Of a stretch of DNA of 32,000 bases, positions 8,074 through 17,336 are shown one piece after another (within the stretch, counting starts at the first letter, position 1; the number at the start of each line of letters is the position of its first letter). The notes below the pieces were generated by a model. It had not been told where the DNA came from. It made no database searches and was given only the letters and a program-made list of their open reading frames with translations. The DNA is from Geobacter metallireducens GS-15 (GTDB taxonomy: Bacteria; Desulfobacterota; Desulfuromonadia; Geobacterales; Geobacteraceae), in contig NC_007517.1 of the NCBI RefSeq assembly GCF_000012925.1, positions 2,850,001 to 2,882,000 on the forward strand, written 5' to 3'. The position numbers were made by a program, and so were the translations under genes.

Positions 8074-8110
8074 GAAATGCCTGTCCCTCCGTTACTCCGT
8101 TGCTCCTCAC
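7972..8110. repeat. Second copy of the MITE-like element (about 139 bp), embedded in the RND/OMF gene junction
   Basis: Left arm 7972-7999 is AATAACACAGAGCAACGGAGCAACGGAG. The right arm within 8087-8110 is its partial inverted complement, with a core of GAGCAACGGAG[C/T]AACGGAG (19/20). The first 55 bp or so align with the element at 352-496: AATAACAC.GAG..ACGGAG...CGGAG, then AAAATC, then TTATTCT. Confidence 0.55.
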
Positions 8111-11100
8111 CCCGCCACTTTCGCCTGAGCCACAGCGCCAGGTCGTCCATGTAGGTGTACATGACCGGCACGACGATGAGGGTGAGGAGCGACGAGGTGA
8201 TGAGCCCGCCGATAACGGCACGGGCCATGGGAGCACGCCCCTCGCCGCCAGCGCCGATACCAAGAAAGAGCGGCAGCATGCCGAAGATCATGGCCAGGGT
8301 GGTCATGACGATGGGGCGGAGTCTCGTCCGCCCCGCCTCGATAATCGCCTCCCGGCGCGGGAGGCCATCCCGCCGCCGGAGAACCTTCGCGTAGTCCACC
8401 AACAGAATGGCGTTCTTGGTGACAAGTCCCATGAGCATGATGAGGCCGATGAGCACCATGATATTGATGGTGTCGCCGGTCAGTTTCAGCATGCCGGCCA
8501 TGCCGACGATGGAGAGCGGCAGCGACAGCATGATTGCCAGGGGCTCGAAGAACGACTCGAACTGGGCGGCCAGAATAAGGAAGACGAATACCACGGCCAG
8601 CATGAGCGATTCTCCCATGTAGCCGAAGGATTCGGCCATATCCTCGGCCTCGCCGGAGAAGTTGATGCTGTACCCCGGCTCCATGGTGATCTTCTTCGAA
8701 ACCCCTTCCACCTTCTTCACCGCCGTGCCGATGGGGAGCCGGTCCAGGTTCGCCGACACCGTCACAAGACGCGACTGGTCGCGGCGGTTCACCTCGGTGG
8801 GGGTGGCGGCGACGGTTTCGGTGCTGACGCTCGCCAGAGGTATCAGCTTGGTGCCGCCCGCGCCGTCAGGCACCGAGATCTTCAAATCCCGCACTTGGGC
8901 CGGATTCTCGCGCAGCCCCTCGGGAAGCCGGACCCGAACGTCCACGGCATCGCCGTCCTCGTCCTCGTAGGTAGTGACCGCCTCCCCCCCCACGAGGCGG
9001 GAAAGGGACATGACAACGTCGTTACTGGAGACGCCCGCAGAGAGGGCCTTCTCCCGGTCGACCCGGAGCCGGTACTCGGGGATGTCGTGCTCCAGGGTGG
9101 CGGAGATGTCGACGATCCCCGGGATGGTATACATCAGCTCCTTGAGCTGGGCCGCGTACTTCTTGAGGAGGGCGATATCGTCCCCTTTCAGGTCAACGTT
9201 CAGGGGTTTCGCCGTGCTCGCGATGACCCCCACCTTTTCGATGGAAAAGGTGATGCCGGCCACCTGCCGCAGCCGCTCGCGCACCAGGCGCTCTATCTCG
9301 AACTGGCTCCGATTGCGGGCCGATTTTTCCTTCAGCTTCATGTAGAGAAGCCCGTCGCGCACCGTGCCGCTGTCGCCGGCCCCGATGGTGGCATAGGAAT
9401 GGTCGATCTCGGGAATGCCCTTCAGTGCCGCCAGCACCCGGTTAAGCCGATCCTCGGTTTCGGAGATGCTGGCCTCGGGGGCGGACTTGAACGAAACCTG
9501 GAACTCGCTCGTATCCTCGTCGACCATGAATGATGATTCCAGGGTCCCCATGAGGGCAAGCCCCAGGAAAAAGGTGATGCCAGCCGTGGCGACCACCGTT
9601 TTGCGGTGGTCTAGTGCCCAGGCGATGGCGAGGCGGTAGCGGTCGGCGCTCCGGTCGAACCAGTCGTTGAAGGTTTCGAGCCAGCGGGCAAGCCCCTTCC
9701 GTTTGCCGTGGGCATGGATTGCCGGGTCGTGCCAGCGGGAAGAGAGCATCGGATCCAGGGTGAAGGAGACGAAGAGCGACACCAGCACTGCGAAGGAAAC
9801 CGTGATGCCGAAGGGGAAAAAGAAGCGCCCCACGATCCCCTTCATGAAAGCCACGGGCACAAAAACCGCAAGAATCGACATAGTCGTGGCGAAAACCGCC
9901 AGACCGATCTCGCTGGTGCCGAACCGCGAGGCCTCCATGTGGTCCTTCCCCATCTCCAGGTGCCGGACAATATTCTCCCGCACCACGATGGCATCGTCGA
10001 TGAGGAGCCCGATGGCAAGGGAGAGCGCCATGAGGGTCATGACATTGAGGGTCATCCCCATGGCGTTCATGACAATGAAGGCGGAGATGACCGAGATGGG
10101 GAGCGTCACCCCGGTGATGACCGTGGAGCGCCAGGAGTTGATGAACAGGAAGACGATGATGATGGTGAGAATGCCGCCGACGACAAGGGTTTCCTCCACG
10201 TCGGCCAAAGATTGGCGGGTCATGATGGAGCCATCGCGCACCAGGGAGAGTTCGACCCCCGGCGGAAGCTCCCGCCGCACCTTCTCCATGGTCTTCCTGA
10301 CGTTATCCACCACCTCCACCTGGTTGGCCCCCGACTGCTTGTAGATGTCGATACCGATGGCCGGCGCTCCGTTCACCAGGGCCAGGGTCCGCCGCTCCTC
10401 CACCCCGTCGGTGACGGTGGCCACTTCCCCCAGGGTTACGGGGCGCCCCCCCTTCTGGGCGATGACCATGGCGCGGTAGTCGGCCACGCGGTCCGGCTTT
10501 CCCTCGATGCGGAGGGGATACTCGACTCCTCCCCGGGTGATGCGGCCAAGGGGAGTGTTCACGTTCTCACTCTGAAGCCCCGCCACCACGTCGTTTACTC
10601 CGAGCCCCAGGGACTCCAGCCGCACCGGGTCCACGTGGACACTCACCTCGCGCTTGGCCCCTCCCACTACCTCCACCTTACCGACCCCGGCCACACCCTC
10701 GAAACGCTTTCTGATCCGCTTGTCCATGAGCGTTGTCAGCTCCCGCTGTGAGAGGCTTCCGGACTGGAGCGCCAGGGACACTACCGGCAGGGCGTTGAAA
10801 TCGATCTTTTGGATAACGGGGTCTTCTATGCCGGTGGGAAGCTCTCCCCGCACGGAATTGATCTTGGCCCGGGCCTCCTGGGACACCTCATTGATCCGCT
10901 CCTCCAGCCGGAACTGGACCACCACCGTGGAGACGCTCTCCCGAGAATAGGAGAAGACGTGCTTCACCCCGGCAATCTGGTTCACCGCCTCCTCGATCCG
11001 CTTGGAGACCTCCCGTTCCACGGTCTCGGGGCTGGCGCCGGGATACTTGGTGACGATGGAGATGACCGGAAACTCCACATTGGGATACATCTCCACCGAG

Positions 11101-11195
11101 AGCCGCCGGTAGGAGAAGATGCCGAGGGTCACAAGCACCAGCATCATCACTGCGGCAAAGATGGGACGCTTGATGGAAAGATCGGAGAGGATCAT
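8070..11195 (-). CDS. RND efflux transporter permease (AcrB/HAE1-type), 1041 aa
   Basis: Full-length 12-TM RND architecture with a typical N-terminus (LSIKRPIFAAVMMLVLVTLGIFSYRRL...YPNVEFPVISIVTKYPGASPE). It lies between the MFP and OMF genes. Confidence 0.97.
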   Translation of the reverse strand: MILSDLSIKRPIFAAVMMLVLVTLGIFSYRRLSVEMYPNVEFPVISIVTKYPGASPETVEREVSKRIEEAVNQIAGVKHVFSYSRESVSTVVVQFRLEERINEVSQEARAKINSVRGELPTGIEDPVIQKIDFNALPVVSLALQSGSLSQRELTTLMDKRIRKRFEGVAGVGKVEVVGGAKREVSVHVDPVRLESLGLGVNDVVAGLQSENVNTPLGRITRGGVEYPLRIEGKPDRVADYRAMVIAQKGGRPVTLGEVATVTDGVEERRTLALVNGAPAIGIDIYKQSGANQVEVVDNVRKTMEKVRRELPPGVELSLVRDGSIMTRQSLADVEETLVVGGILTIIIVFLFINSWRSTVITGVTLPISVISAFIVMNAMGMTLNVMTLMALSLAIGLLIDDAIVVRENIVRHLEMGKDHMEASRFGTSEIGLAVFATTMSILAVFVPVAFMKGIVGRFFFPFGITVSFAVLVSLFVSFTLDPMLSSRWHDPAIHAHGKRKGLARWLETFNDWFDRSADRYRLAIAWALDHRKTVVATAGITFFLGLALMGTLESSFMVDEDTSEFQVSFKSAPEASISETEDRLNRVLAALKGIPEIDHSYATIGAGDSGTVRDGLLYMKLKEKSARNRSQFEIERLVRERLRQVAGITFSIEKVGVIASTAKPLNVDLKGDDIALLKKYAAQLKELMYTIPGIVDISATLEHDIPEYRLRVDREKALSAGVSSNDVVMSLSRLVGGEAVTTYEDEDGDAVDVRVRLPEGLRENPAQVRDLKISVPDGAGGTKLIPLASVSTETVAATPTEVNRRDQSRLVTVSANLDRLPIGTAVKKVEGVSKKITMEPGYSINFSGEAEDMAESFGYMGESLMLAVVFVFLILAAQFESFFEPLAIMLSLPLSIVGMAGMLKLTGDTINIMVLIGLIMLMGLVTKNAILLVDYAKVLRRRDGLPRREAIIEAGRTRLRPIVMTTLAMIFGMLPLFLGIGAGGEGRAPMARAVIGGLITSSLLTLIVVPVMYTYMDDLALWLRRKWRGEEQRSNGGTGIS

Positions 11196-11198
11196 CCG

Positions 11199-12347
11199 CT
11201 ACTTCCTTCCACCGGCAACGGAAACCGTATCCCCGTCCTTGAGGTTGAAGCCTCCGCGGGCCACGATCTGCTCGCCGGCCCCTACCCCTTTCACGATCTC
11301 CACTGAATCGCCGCTGACGGCTCCGGTCTCCACCTGCCTGAGCTTCGCGGTGGTGCCGGCGACAATGAACAGGTTCCCCTTCCGGGCCGCCGTATCCCAC
11401 GTGGTCAAGGCCCCACGGGGGACCTGAACCACCTTGGGCCGCTGGCCAGTGATAATCCGTCCCTTGGCGAAGAGCCCTCCCTTGAGGCGGTCTCCGTCAT
11501 TTCTCACTTCGGCGATCACCCGCAGCGACCGGTCGGCAGAGGAGAGTTCCGGATTGATGTACATCACCCTGCCCATGAAGGTTTTCCCGGGGAGGGCGTC
11601 CACGGTGAACTCCAGCGGCTGTCCCACCTTGACCCGGGCCGAATCGGCCGAGGGAACGGTGACCGTCAGGTTAAGGACACGGTTGTCCACTATCCGGAAT
11701 ATGGGCTTGCTGGCGGCGGCGTCGCTTGCCAGATCCCCCACGTTCACATCCCGCAGGGCCACTACTCCATCGAGGGGAGAGACCACAAGCCCCTTTGCCT
11801 GCCGTGCCCGGGCCTGGCGCACCTCTTCCTGGGCCACCCGGATCTGGGCCTGGGCCGCCTCTATCCTGGCCTGAGCCGCGGCCGACTCGGTGCGGGCGTC
11901 GTCTACCCCCTGCTGAGTCGCGAGCCCCGATTCCTTCAGTTTGAGAATCCGGGTCAGCTCCCGCTCCGCCCGGTTTGCCCCCACCTGGGCCTGGGCCAAG
12001 CCGGCCCGGGCCGACTCCACCGACGCCTCAGCCCGCTTCACCATTGCCTCCGCCTCGGCCACGTCGATTCGGGCAAGGGGGGTCCCCTTGCGGACCCGCA
12101 GCCATTCAGTCACATAGACCTGCTTCACGAGCCCCGGAATCTGGGTCTTCACATCGGCATAGAACTTCGGTTCCAGGCTGCCGGTCACCTCGACCCCTTC
12201 CACCAGGTCCCGGGGGGCAACGGCAATGACCTCCACCGCCACCGGCGGTTTCACCGCCGGGGACTTCTTCGCTTCGTCTCCCTTGCAACCGGCAAGGGGA
12301 ACCGCGAAAAGAAGCAAGGCATGCATGCATATTTTTGATACGTTCAT
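11199..12347 (-). CDS. RND efflux periplasmic adaptor (membrane fusion protein, HlyD/AcrA family), lipoprotein
   Basis: It has a lipobox signal (LLLFAVPLAGC), a coiled-coil hairpin region rich in A/Q/R/E, and beta-barrel C-terminal regions typical of MFPs. The stop lies 3 nt before the RND start. Confidence 0.93.
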   Translation of the reverse strand: MNVSKICMHALLLFAVPLAGCKGDEAKKSPAVKPPVAVEVIAVAPRDLVEGVEVTGSLEPKFYADVKTQIPGLVKQVYVTEWLRVRKGTPLARIDVAEAEAMVKRAEASVESARAGLAQAQVGANRAERELTRILKLKESGLATQQGVDDARTESAAAQARIEAAQAQIRVAQEEVRQARARQAKGLVVSPLDGVVALRDVNVGDLASDAAASKPIFRIVDNRVLNLTVTVPSADSARVKVGQPLEFTVDALPGKTFMGRVMYINPELSSADRSLRVIAEVRNDGDRLKGGLFAKGRIITGQRPKVVQVPRGALTTWDTAARKGNLFIVAGTTAKLRQVETGAVSGDSVEIVKGVGAGEQIVARGGFNLKDGDTVSVAGGRK

Positions 12348-12423
12348 CAGCTAACCCCTTCATCACTATCAGCAGTTAGTGCAGCCTAATCAATACGCAA
12401 GCATACACTGATACCGCACCGGA

Positions 12424-12451
12424 TGTATAGTCCCGCCACTCTTACGGTCAA
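12424..12451 (-). promoter_or_regulatory. Candidate sigma-70 promoter of the efflux operon
   Basis: On the minus strand: TTGACC (12451-12446), a 16-nt spacer, TATACA (12429-12424). This is about 75 nt upstream of the MFP ATG. It is a motif match only. Confidence 0.3.
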
Positions 12452-12493
12452 TAAATTATCCCAATACAGAGGAAAGACCGTACCCAATGAACA

Positions 12494-12529
12494 CAAAAAG
12501 GCCGGGAGAATTGAATCCCCCGGCCTTAG
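12494..12529 (-). terminator. Rho-independent terminator after the nitrite/sulfite reductase-like gene
   Basis: The minus strand reads CTAAGGCCGGGGGATTCAATTCTCCCGGCCTTTTTGTG. This is a 9-bp GC-rich stem (AAGGCCGGG/CCCGGCCTT) followed by a T-run, 60 nt downstream of the stop at 12590. Confidence 0.75.
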
Positions 12530-12589
12530 CCCTTACCGTGCTATTTCTGAATCCATCAGAGATTCAGGCTATTCCATTCCTTCACCACC

Positions 12590-13897
12590 TCACCCGATCT
12601 CTCGCACCGCCTCCAGAAGCTCGTCAATGCCGATACCATGACGGACTACAACGCCGAAGCCGTCGGTGCCGTAGCGGCGATAGAGATCGAAGAGGGGATG
12701 CCGCTCGCCCTGTTCGTCCTTGACACTTTTCACGGTGGCTATCCCCACGTCGGCCAGTTGGGGATGGGAGCAGGAGTTGGGGCAGCCGCAAATGGACCAG
12801 GAGAGGCGTTCCCCCGCCTCCCCCAGAGTACCGGCAAGCTCCCGGGCCACATCGCGGGTTGGCGAGAGACCCATCTTGCACTCGTGGTTGCCGGGGCAGA
12901 TCCGGAAGCAAACCCTCTCCGCCGGAGAATCGCAGCCAAAGCCGGCCGCCGCCAGGGCCCGGGCCGCATCATCGCGTAGCGCCCCATCATCGAGGATAAA
13001 CAGGACATTCTGTTCCCCTGTGACGACCATGTAGCCCCCTGCATACTGCCGTGCGATCTCCGCAAGGTCAACAAACCTCTTCGTCCCCAGTTCGCCGGCA
13101 AATATCCCCGCCGTGAGCCGCTCGGCCGCTCCCTCGCGAGGGGCAGACGTCAGGGGGGTGGCAAGCCCTGCGCCGAGGGAGAGAGGGGGAATCGCCGCGA
13201 CACGCTCCCGAACGAGCTTCACGAACTCCTCACGACCTCGTTCCCGCACGAGATGCTTGAGCCGCTTCCCCTTGGGGGTCAATTCCCGGTACAGGGAAAT
13301 GATCGCCTCGGCCAGGGGGATGAGGCGCTCTCCCGCAACTCCCTCTTCCAGGAGAAAGGATGCGTGGGGCTCCCGTCCGAGCCCTCCCGCGATCCAAACG
13401 TCATAGCTGCTGTTCCCATCGGCCCCTTCCCGAAGAATGACGGAAAGGTCCTGGATCAGGTGCCGCCCGTCACCGTAACCGGTGAATACGCCGATCTTGA
13501 ACTTCTTGGGGAGCCCTTCGAACCGGGGGTTGTGGGTGAAATGCGCCAGAAGCCGGCGCGCCAGGAGTTGGGCAGCGCCATAGCCGGCATCGCCGGGCAT
13601 GGCGCAGACCACGCCGCGCACCGCGCCGCCGCATGCTCCCCGCGTGGTCAGTCCCACCGATGCCAGCATCCGCCATGCTTCCGCCAGGTTTTCCTGTTTC
13701 AGCCAATGGAGCTCAATACTTCCCCGGGTAGTCAGATGAACCGAACCGCCGGCGAACCGGTCGGCGATCTCAGCCACCCTGAGGGCCTGTTCCGTGGAGA
13801 TGATCCCTGCCGGAACCTTGATCCGGAGCATGAAATTGCCCGGTTGCCGTTGCTCGTACACCCCGTCTATCCGCACGCTTTGCGGGTCGAACATCAT
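12590..13897 (-). CDS. Nitrite/sulfite reductase-like hemoprotein (siroheme/4Fe-4S type, short form)
   Basis: The 435-aa product has an N-terminal ferredoxin-like half-domain ([42 protein letters not shown]). Its Cys cluster pattern is CPGNHECK...CGCPNSCSH, typical of the NiR/SiR 4Fe-4S/siroheme site. Confidence 0.85.
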   Translation of the reverse strand: MMFDPQSVRIDGVYEQRQPGNFMLRIKVPAGIISTEQALRVAEIADRFAGGSVHLTTRGSIELHWLKQENLAEAWRMLASVGLTTRGACGGAVRGVVCAMPGDAGYGAAQLLARRLLAHFTHNPRFEGLPKKFKIGVFTGYGDGRHLIQDLSVILREGADGNSSYDVWIAGGLGREPHASFLLEEGVAGERLIPLAEAIISLYRELTPKGKRLKHLVRERGREEFVKLVRERVAAIPPLSLGAGLATPLTSAPREGAAERLTAGIFAGELGTKRFVDLAEIARQYAGGYMVVTGEQNVLFILDDGALRDDAARALAAAGFGCDSPAERVCFRICPGNHECKMGLSPTRDVARELAGTLGEAGERLSWSICGCPNSCSHPQLADVGIATVKSVKDEQGERHPLFDLYRRYGTDGFGVVVRHGIGIDELLEAVREIG

Positions 13898-14050
13898 TGT
13901 CTACCTCTTTTGTCTTAAATTGTCACACCACGCAGGACATAATCTACACTTTTATCGTCCACAATACAACCAAAGATTGCCCATGAAATTATGGCAACTC
14001 AAAATATGCCCGAACACCAAATCACGTTCGGATTATGGTTATAACAATCC

Positions 14051-14078
14051 TTGCCTCGCCGCGCCGTTTCGCTATACT
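14051..14078 (+). promoter_or_regulatory. Candidate sigma-70 promoter of the EF-G paralogue
   Basis: TTGCCT (14051-14056), a 16-nt spacer, TATACT (14073-14078). This is 30 nt upstream of ATG 14109. It is a motif match only. Confidence 0.35.
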
Positions 14079-14108
14079 TGTCCGGAAATCCGCGCCATTG
14101 GAGGCCCA

Positions 14109-16175
14109 ATGCAGCACCCGCCCCTCGACTCCATCCGCAACATCGGCATAATCTCCCACATCGACGCCGGCAAAACCACGGTCTCCGAGAGGATCCTCTT
14201 CTACACCGGAGAAACCCACAAAATAGGAGAGGTTCACGACGGTGAGGCAGTCATGGACTGGATGCCCCAGGAGCAGGAGCGGGGAATCACCATCACCTCC
14301 ACCGCCACGGTCTGCCGTTGGGGTGCATGGTGGATCAACCTCATCGACACCCCCGGCCACATCGACTTCACCATCGAGGTGGAACGGAGCTTGCGCGCCC
14401 TCGACGGCGCCGTGGCCATCTTCAGTGCCGTGGAAGGGGTACAGCCCCAGAGCGAGTCGGTCTGGCGTCAGGCCGACCGCTACCAGGTTCCCCGCATCTG
14501 CTTCATCAACAAGATGGACCGGGTCGGCGCCGACTACCGGGAAACCCTCCGGCAGATGGAGGAGAAACTGGGCGCTAGGCCGGTACTCCTGCAGCTGCCG
14601 GTGGGAGTTGAGGCCTCCTTCGCCGGCGTTGTGGACCTCATCGCAGGAGAATTCCTCACCTTCAGCGAGGCCGACCAGGGAAGCACCGTGGAGCGCCACC
14701 CCATTCCCGCAGAGATCGCCGGTGAAGCCATGGCCGTGCGGGAAGAACTCATAGAGGCCGCCGCTGACTTCGATGACGCCATCCTCGCCGATTTCCTTGA
14801 AGGGACGGCGATCGCGGCGGAACGGATCCGCGCGGCGATCCGGAAAGGAACCATAGCGTGCCGGATCGTTCCGGTATTCCTGGGAACGGCCCTGCGCAAC
14901 AGGGGGATCCAGCCCCTCCTCGATGCCGTGGCCGCCTACCTCCCCTCCCCCCGCGACATCCCTCCGGTAACCGGGCAACGCCCCGATGGCGAAGCCGTTG
15001 ACTCCCTCCCCTGCGATCCGGCCGGCCCGCTGTGCGCCCTCGCCTTCAAGGTCCAGGCGGACGAAGGGAGAAAACTCACCTATCTCCGCATCTATTCGGG
15101 GACCGTGAAGGCGGGAGGAGCCCTCTGGAACAGCAACCGCGGCTGTTTCGAGAAGGCGGCGCGCCTCTTTAGGATGCACGCCCACAAGCGGGAGCCGATC
15201 GACGAAGCCCTGGCCGGAGACATCGTGGCCGCCATCGGCCTCAAGGAAGTGCTCACCGGCGACACCCTCTGCGATCCGGCCCACAAGGTGCTCCTCTCCG
15301 GCCTCACGGTGCCGGAGCCCGTGGTGGCCCTGGCCGTTGAGCCTAGAGGGGTCGACGACCGGGACAAGCTCCTTCCGGCCCTGGAAAAGCTCCAGTGGGA
15401 AGACCCCACCTTCCGGGTCCACGAGGACGAGGAGACCGGCCAGACGATCCTCACGGGAATGGGGGAACTGCACCTGGAGGTGGTCACCGACCGCCTGGGA
15501 CGTGAGTTCGGCGTTCAGGTGAAGACCGGCCGTCCCCAGGTGGTTTACCGGGAAACCATCACCCGTCCGGCGGAACGCCAAGAGGTCTTCCGGACCGAGT
15601 TCGAGGGGAAGGTCCAGGGGGGAGAAGTGCACCTGCGGCTGGCCCCCCTTCACCGGGGAGAAGGGGTACGGATCGTGGTACCGCCGGCAGAGGTTCTCGG
15701 CATCACCAGGGAATTGCACACAGCGCTCACCGAAAGCCTCACCCGGGGGGCCTCCACCGGCTGCGTCACCGGCTACCCCCTCACCGACCTGGAGGTGCGG
15801 GTGATTACCGTGCCGGTGGAACAGGGCGTCACCACCGAGGGCGGGGTGCGGGCTGCCGCAGGCCGGGGACTCATGCGCGCAGCCCGTGACGGTGCGCCAA
15901 CCCTCCTGGAACCCCTCATGGATCTGGAGATCATCACCCCCACCGAGTATGCCGGCAAGGTTCTCGGATCGGTCCAGCAGAAGCGGGGACGGGTAGAGGG
16001 AATCATCACCCAGGGGAACACCGAGGCGATCCGGGCACTCGTCCCCCTGGCCGAGATGTTCGGCTACATGACCGAGCTGCGGAGCGCCACCAAGGGGCGC
16101 GGCGGGTTCACCATGGAGTTCTCCCGCTTCGACCAGGCCCCCGCTTCAGTGCTCCAGCAATTCGGTCTGGCGTGA
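14109..16175 (+). CDS. fusA: Translation elongation factor G family GTPase (EF-G paralogue)
   Basis: The ORF-track ORF begins at 13794. I prefer ATG 14109 (GGAGG 5 nt upstream) because [24 protein letters not shown] is the EF-G N-terminal G1 motif. DTPGH and NKMD motifs and domains II-V are present. The product is 688 aa. Confidence 0.93.
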   Translation: MQHPPLDSIRNIGIISHIDAGKTTVSERILFYTGETHKIGEVHDGEAVMDWMPQEQERGITITSTATVCRWGAWWINLIDTPGHIDFTIEVERSLRALDGAVAIFSAVEGVQPQSESVWRQADRYQVPRICFINKMDRVGADYRETLRQMEEKLGARPVLLQLPVGVEASFAGVVDLIAGEFLTFSEADQGSTVERHPIPAEIAGEAMAVREELIEAAADFDDAILADFLEGTAIAAERIRAAIRKGTIACRIVPVFLGTALRNRGIQPLLDAVAAYLPSPRDIPPVTGQRPDGEAVDSLPCDPAGPLCALAFKVQADEGRKLTYLRIYSGTVKAGGALWNSNRGCFEKAARLFRMHAHKREPIDEALAGDIVAAIGLKEVLTGDTLCDPAHKVLLSGLTVPEPVVALAVEPRGVDDRDKLLPALEKLQWEDPTFRVHEDEETGQTILTGMGELHLEVVTDRLGREFGVQVKTGRPQVVYRETITRPAERQEVFRTEFEGKVQGGEVHLRLAPLHRGEGVRIVVPPAEVLGITRELHTALTESLTRGASTGCVTGYPLTDLEVRVITVPVEQGVTTEGGVRAAAGRGLMRAARDGAPTLLEPLMDLEIITPTEYAGKVLGSVQQKRGRVEGIITQGNTEAIRALVPLAEMFGYMTELRSATKGRGGFTMEFSRFDQAPASVLQQFGLA

Positions 16176-16203
16176 GTAGATGCAAAAAAATTAGTTAACC
16201 TGC

Positions 16204-16232
16204 TTTACTTGCAGGGAAACGGCTGATAGTAT
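16204..16232 (+). promoter_or_regulatory. Candidate sigma-70 promoter of mscL
   Basis: TTTACT (16204-16209), a 17-nt spacer, TAGTAT (16227-16232). It is a motif match only. Confidence 0.3.
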
Positions 16233-16288
16233 CTCATTAATAATTTTGCGGCAATACCAGCAACAATACGTCAACAAGGAGGTTAGCC

Positions 16289-16726
16289 ATGGGAATGATG
16301 GAAGAGTTCAAGGAGTTCGCGGTCAAGGGGAATGTGGTTGACCTGGCGGTCGGTGTGATTATTGGTGGTGCGTTCGGCAAGATCGTCACGTCATTCGTCA
16401 GCGACATCGTCATGCCTCCCCTCGGGCTTATCATGGGGAAGGTGAACTTCACCGACCTGTTCATAAACCTTTCCGGCAAACCCTTCGACAGCCTCAAGGC
16501 CGCCAAGGATGCCGGAGCCCCGGTCATCAGCTACGGCGTCTTCATCAACACACTGATCGACTTCATTATCATCGCCTTCGTCATCTTCATGGTCATCAAG
16601 CAGATCAACCGTTTCAAGAAAGAGCCGGCACCCGCTCCACCCAACACCAAGGAGTGCCCCCACTGCCTGTCGGCCGTTCCCATCAAGGCCACCAAATGCG
16701 CTTTCTGCACTTCTGACATCAAGTAA
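16289..16726 (+). CDS. mscL: Large-conductance mechanosensitive channel MscL with a C-terminal CxxC...CxxC extension
   Basis: The RBS AAGGAGG precedes the [44 protein letters not shown] is the canonical MscL TM1 region. The tail is [25 protein letters not shown]. Confidence 0.95.
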   Translation: MGMMEEFKEFAVKGNVVDLAVGVIIGGAFGKIVTSFVSDIVMPPLGLIMGKVNFTDLFINLSGKPFDSLKAAKDAGAPVISYGVFINTLIDFIIIAFVIFMVIKQINRFKKEPAPAPPNTKECPHCLSAVPIKATKCAFCTSDIK

Positions 16727-16751
16727 GCTGCACGGTTTCATAGTTCAGCCC

Positions 16752-16786
16752 AAGGCGATGCTCCTCCGGAGGCATCGCCTTTTTTC
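16752..16786 (+). terminator. Rho-independent terminator after mscL
   Basis: AAGGCGATGC-(TCCTCCGGAG)-GCATCGCCTT is followed by TTTTT. The main stem is 10 bp, with extra inner pairs. Confidence 0.85.
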
Positions 16787-16860
16787 ATCTCTTCTGTTGC
16801 AAAGGCATCAACTGTGCATTACAACCATTCATGAAATGACATGTTCGTAGGGGGTGAGGG

Positions 16861-17229
16861 ATGGATGTGACTGAGCAGAGGCATTTCCAGAGGGTACCAT
16901 TCACCACGGAATCCACCATTGAATTTGGAGGGAAGCAGCACGGGGCCGAGGTGGTCGACATCTGCCTCAAAGGCGCGCTGCTCAAGCTTTCCGGGCCTCC
17001 GCAATGCAGGCGTGGCGATGCCTGTACCGTCTCCTTCGTCCTCGTCAACTCGGATATCGTCGTCCACTTCGAGGCAGAGGTTGCCCACCTCCGTGACCAG
17101 TTCCTCGGTGTCAAACTTCTGAAAATTGACATTGACTCCATGATCCACCTGCGCAATATCGTGGAGCTCAACACCGCCGATCCCGACCAGGTCCGCAAGG
17201 AACTCTCCTTTCTCTACCGCGAGGAATGA
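16861..17229 (+). CDS. PilZ domain protein (candidate c-di-GMP receptor)
   Basis: The 122-aa product has an N-terminal RHFQR (RxxxR) motif followed by DICLKGALL (a D/NxSxxG-like motif), with the spacing expected of PilZ domains. Confidence 0.7.
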   Translation: MDVTEQRHFQRVPFTTESTIEFGGKQHGAEVVDICLKGALLKLSGPPQCRRGDACTVSFVLVNSDIVVHFEAEVAHLRDQFLGVKLLKIDIDSMIHLRNIVELNTADPDQVRKELSFLYREE

Positions 17230-17283
17230 TCCGGGTTTCCGTCACCCGCTTCCCCTCCTTGACGAAATTTAAGTTGCTCCCCC

Positions 17284-17334
17284 GGTGCTCCCGTGCTAAC
17301 AGCTTCTCCTTTCCATTTCACGCACGGGAGCACC
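17284..17334 (+). promoter_or_regulatory. Perfect 13-bp-stem hairpin covering the RBS of the ABC-F gene
   Basis: GGTGCTCCCGTGC (17284-17296) and GCACGGGAGCACC (17322-17334) are exact reverse complements separated by 25 nt. The 3' arm contains the GGGAG Shine-Dalgarno and ends 2 nt before ATG 17337. No U-run follows. Confidence 0.6.
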
Positions 17335-17336
17335 CC

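Noticed and set aside
7138-8154. 338-aa plus-strand ORF opposite the OMF gene, and the 315-aa minus ORF 5429-6376 opposite the hemerythrin gene
   Set aside because: They are shadow ORFs in high-GC DNA. The opposite-strand genes have RBSs, family motifs and operon context.
8100-10751. Plus-strand ORFs of 477, 225 and 347 aa opposite the RND pump gene
   Set aside because: They are antisense to a full-length, clearly recognisable AcrB-type gene. The translations are His/Gly/Asp/Arg-rich low-complexity sequence typical of high-GC shadow frames.
13794-14108. 105-codon N-terminal extension of the EF-G ORF, and similar track extensions at 2768-2851, 17226-17336, 20327-20386 and 24727-24759
   Set aside because: The extensions overlap promoter regions or the upstream gene, lack RBSs, and precede the conserved N-termini. 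The internal ATGs have good Shine-Dalgarno sequences or ATGA coupling.
14022-15719. 565-aa minus-strand ORF opposite the EF-G gene, and the 452-aa +2-frame ORF 17654-19012 inside the ABC-F gene
   Set aside because: Both overlap genes with unmistakable GTPase or ABC motifs and themselves show only Arg/Gly/Pro-rich low-complexity translations.
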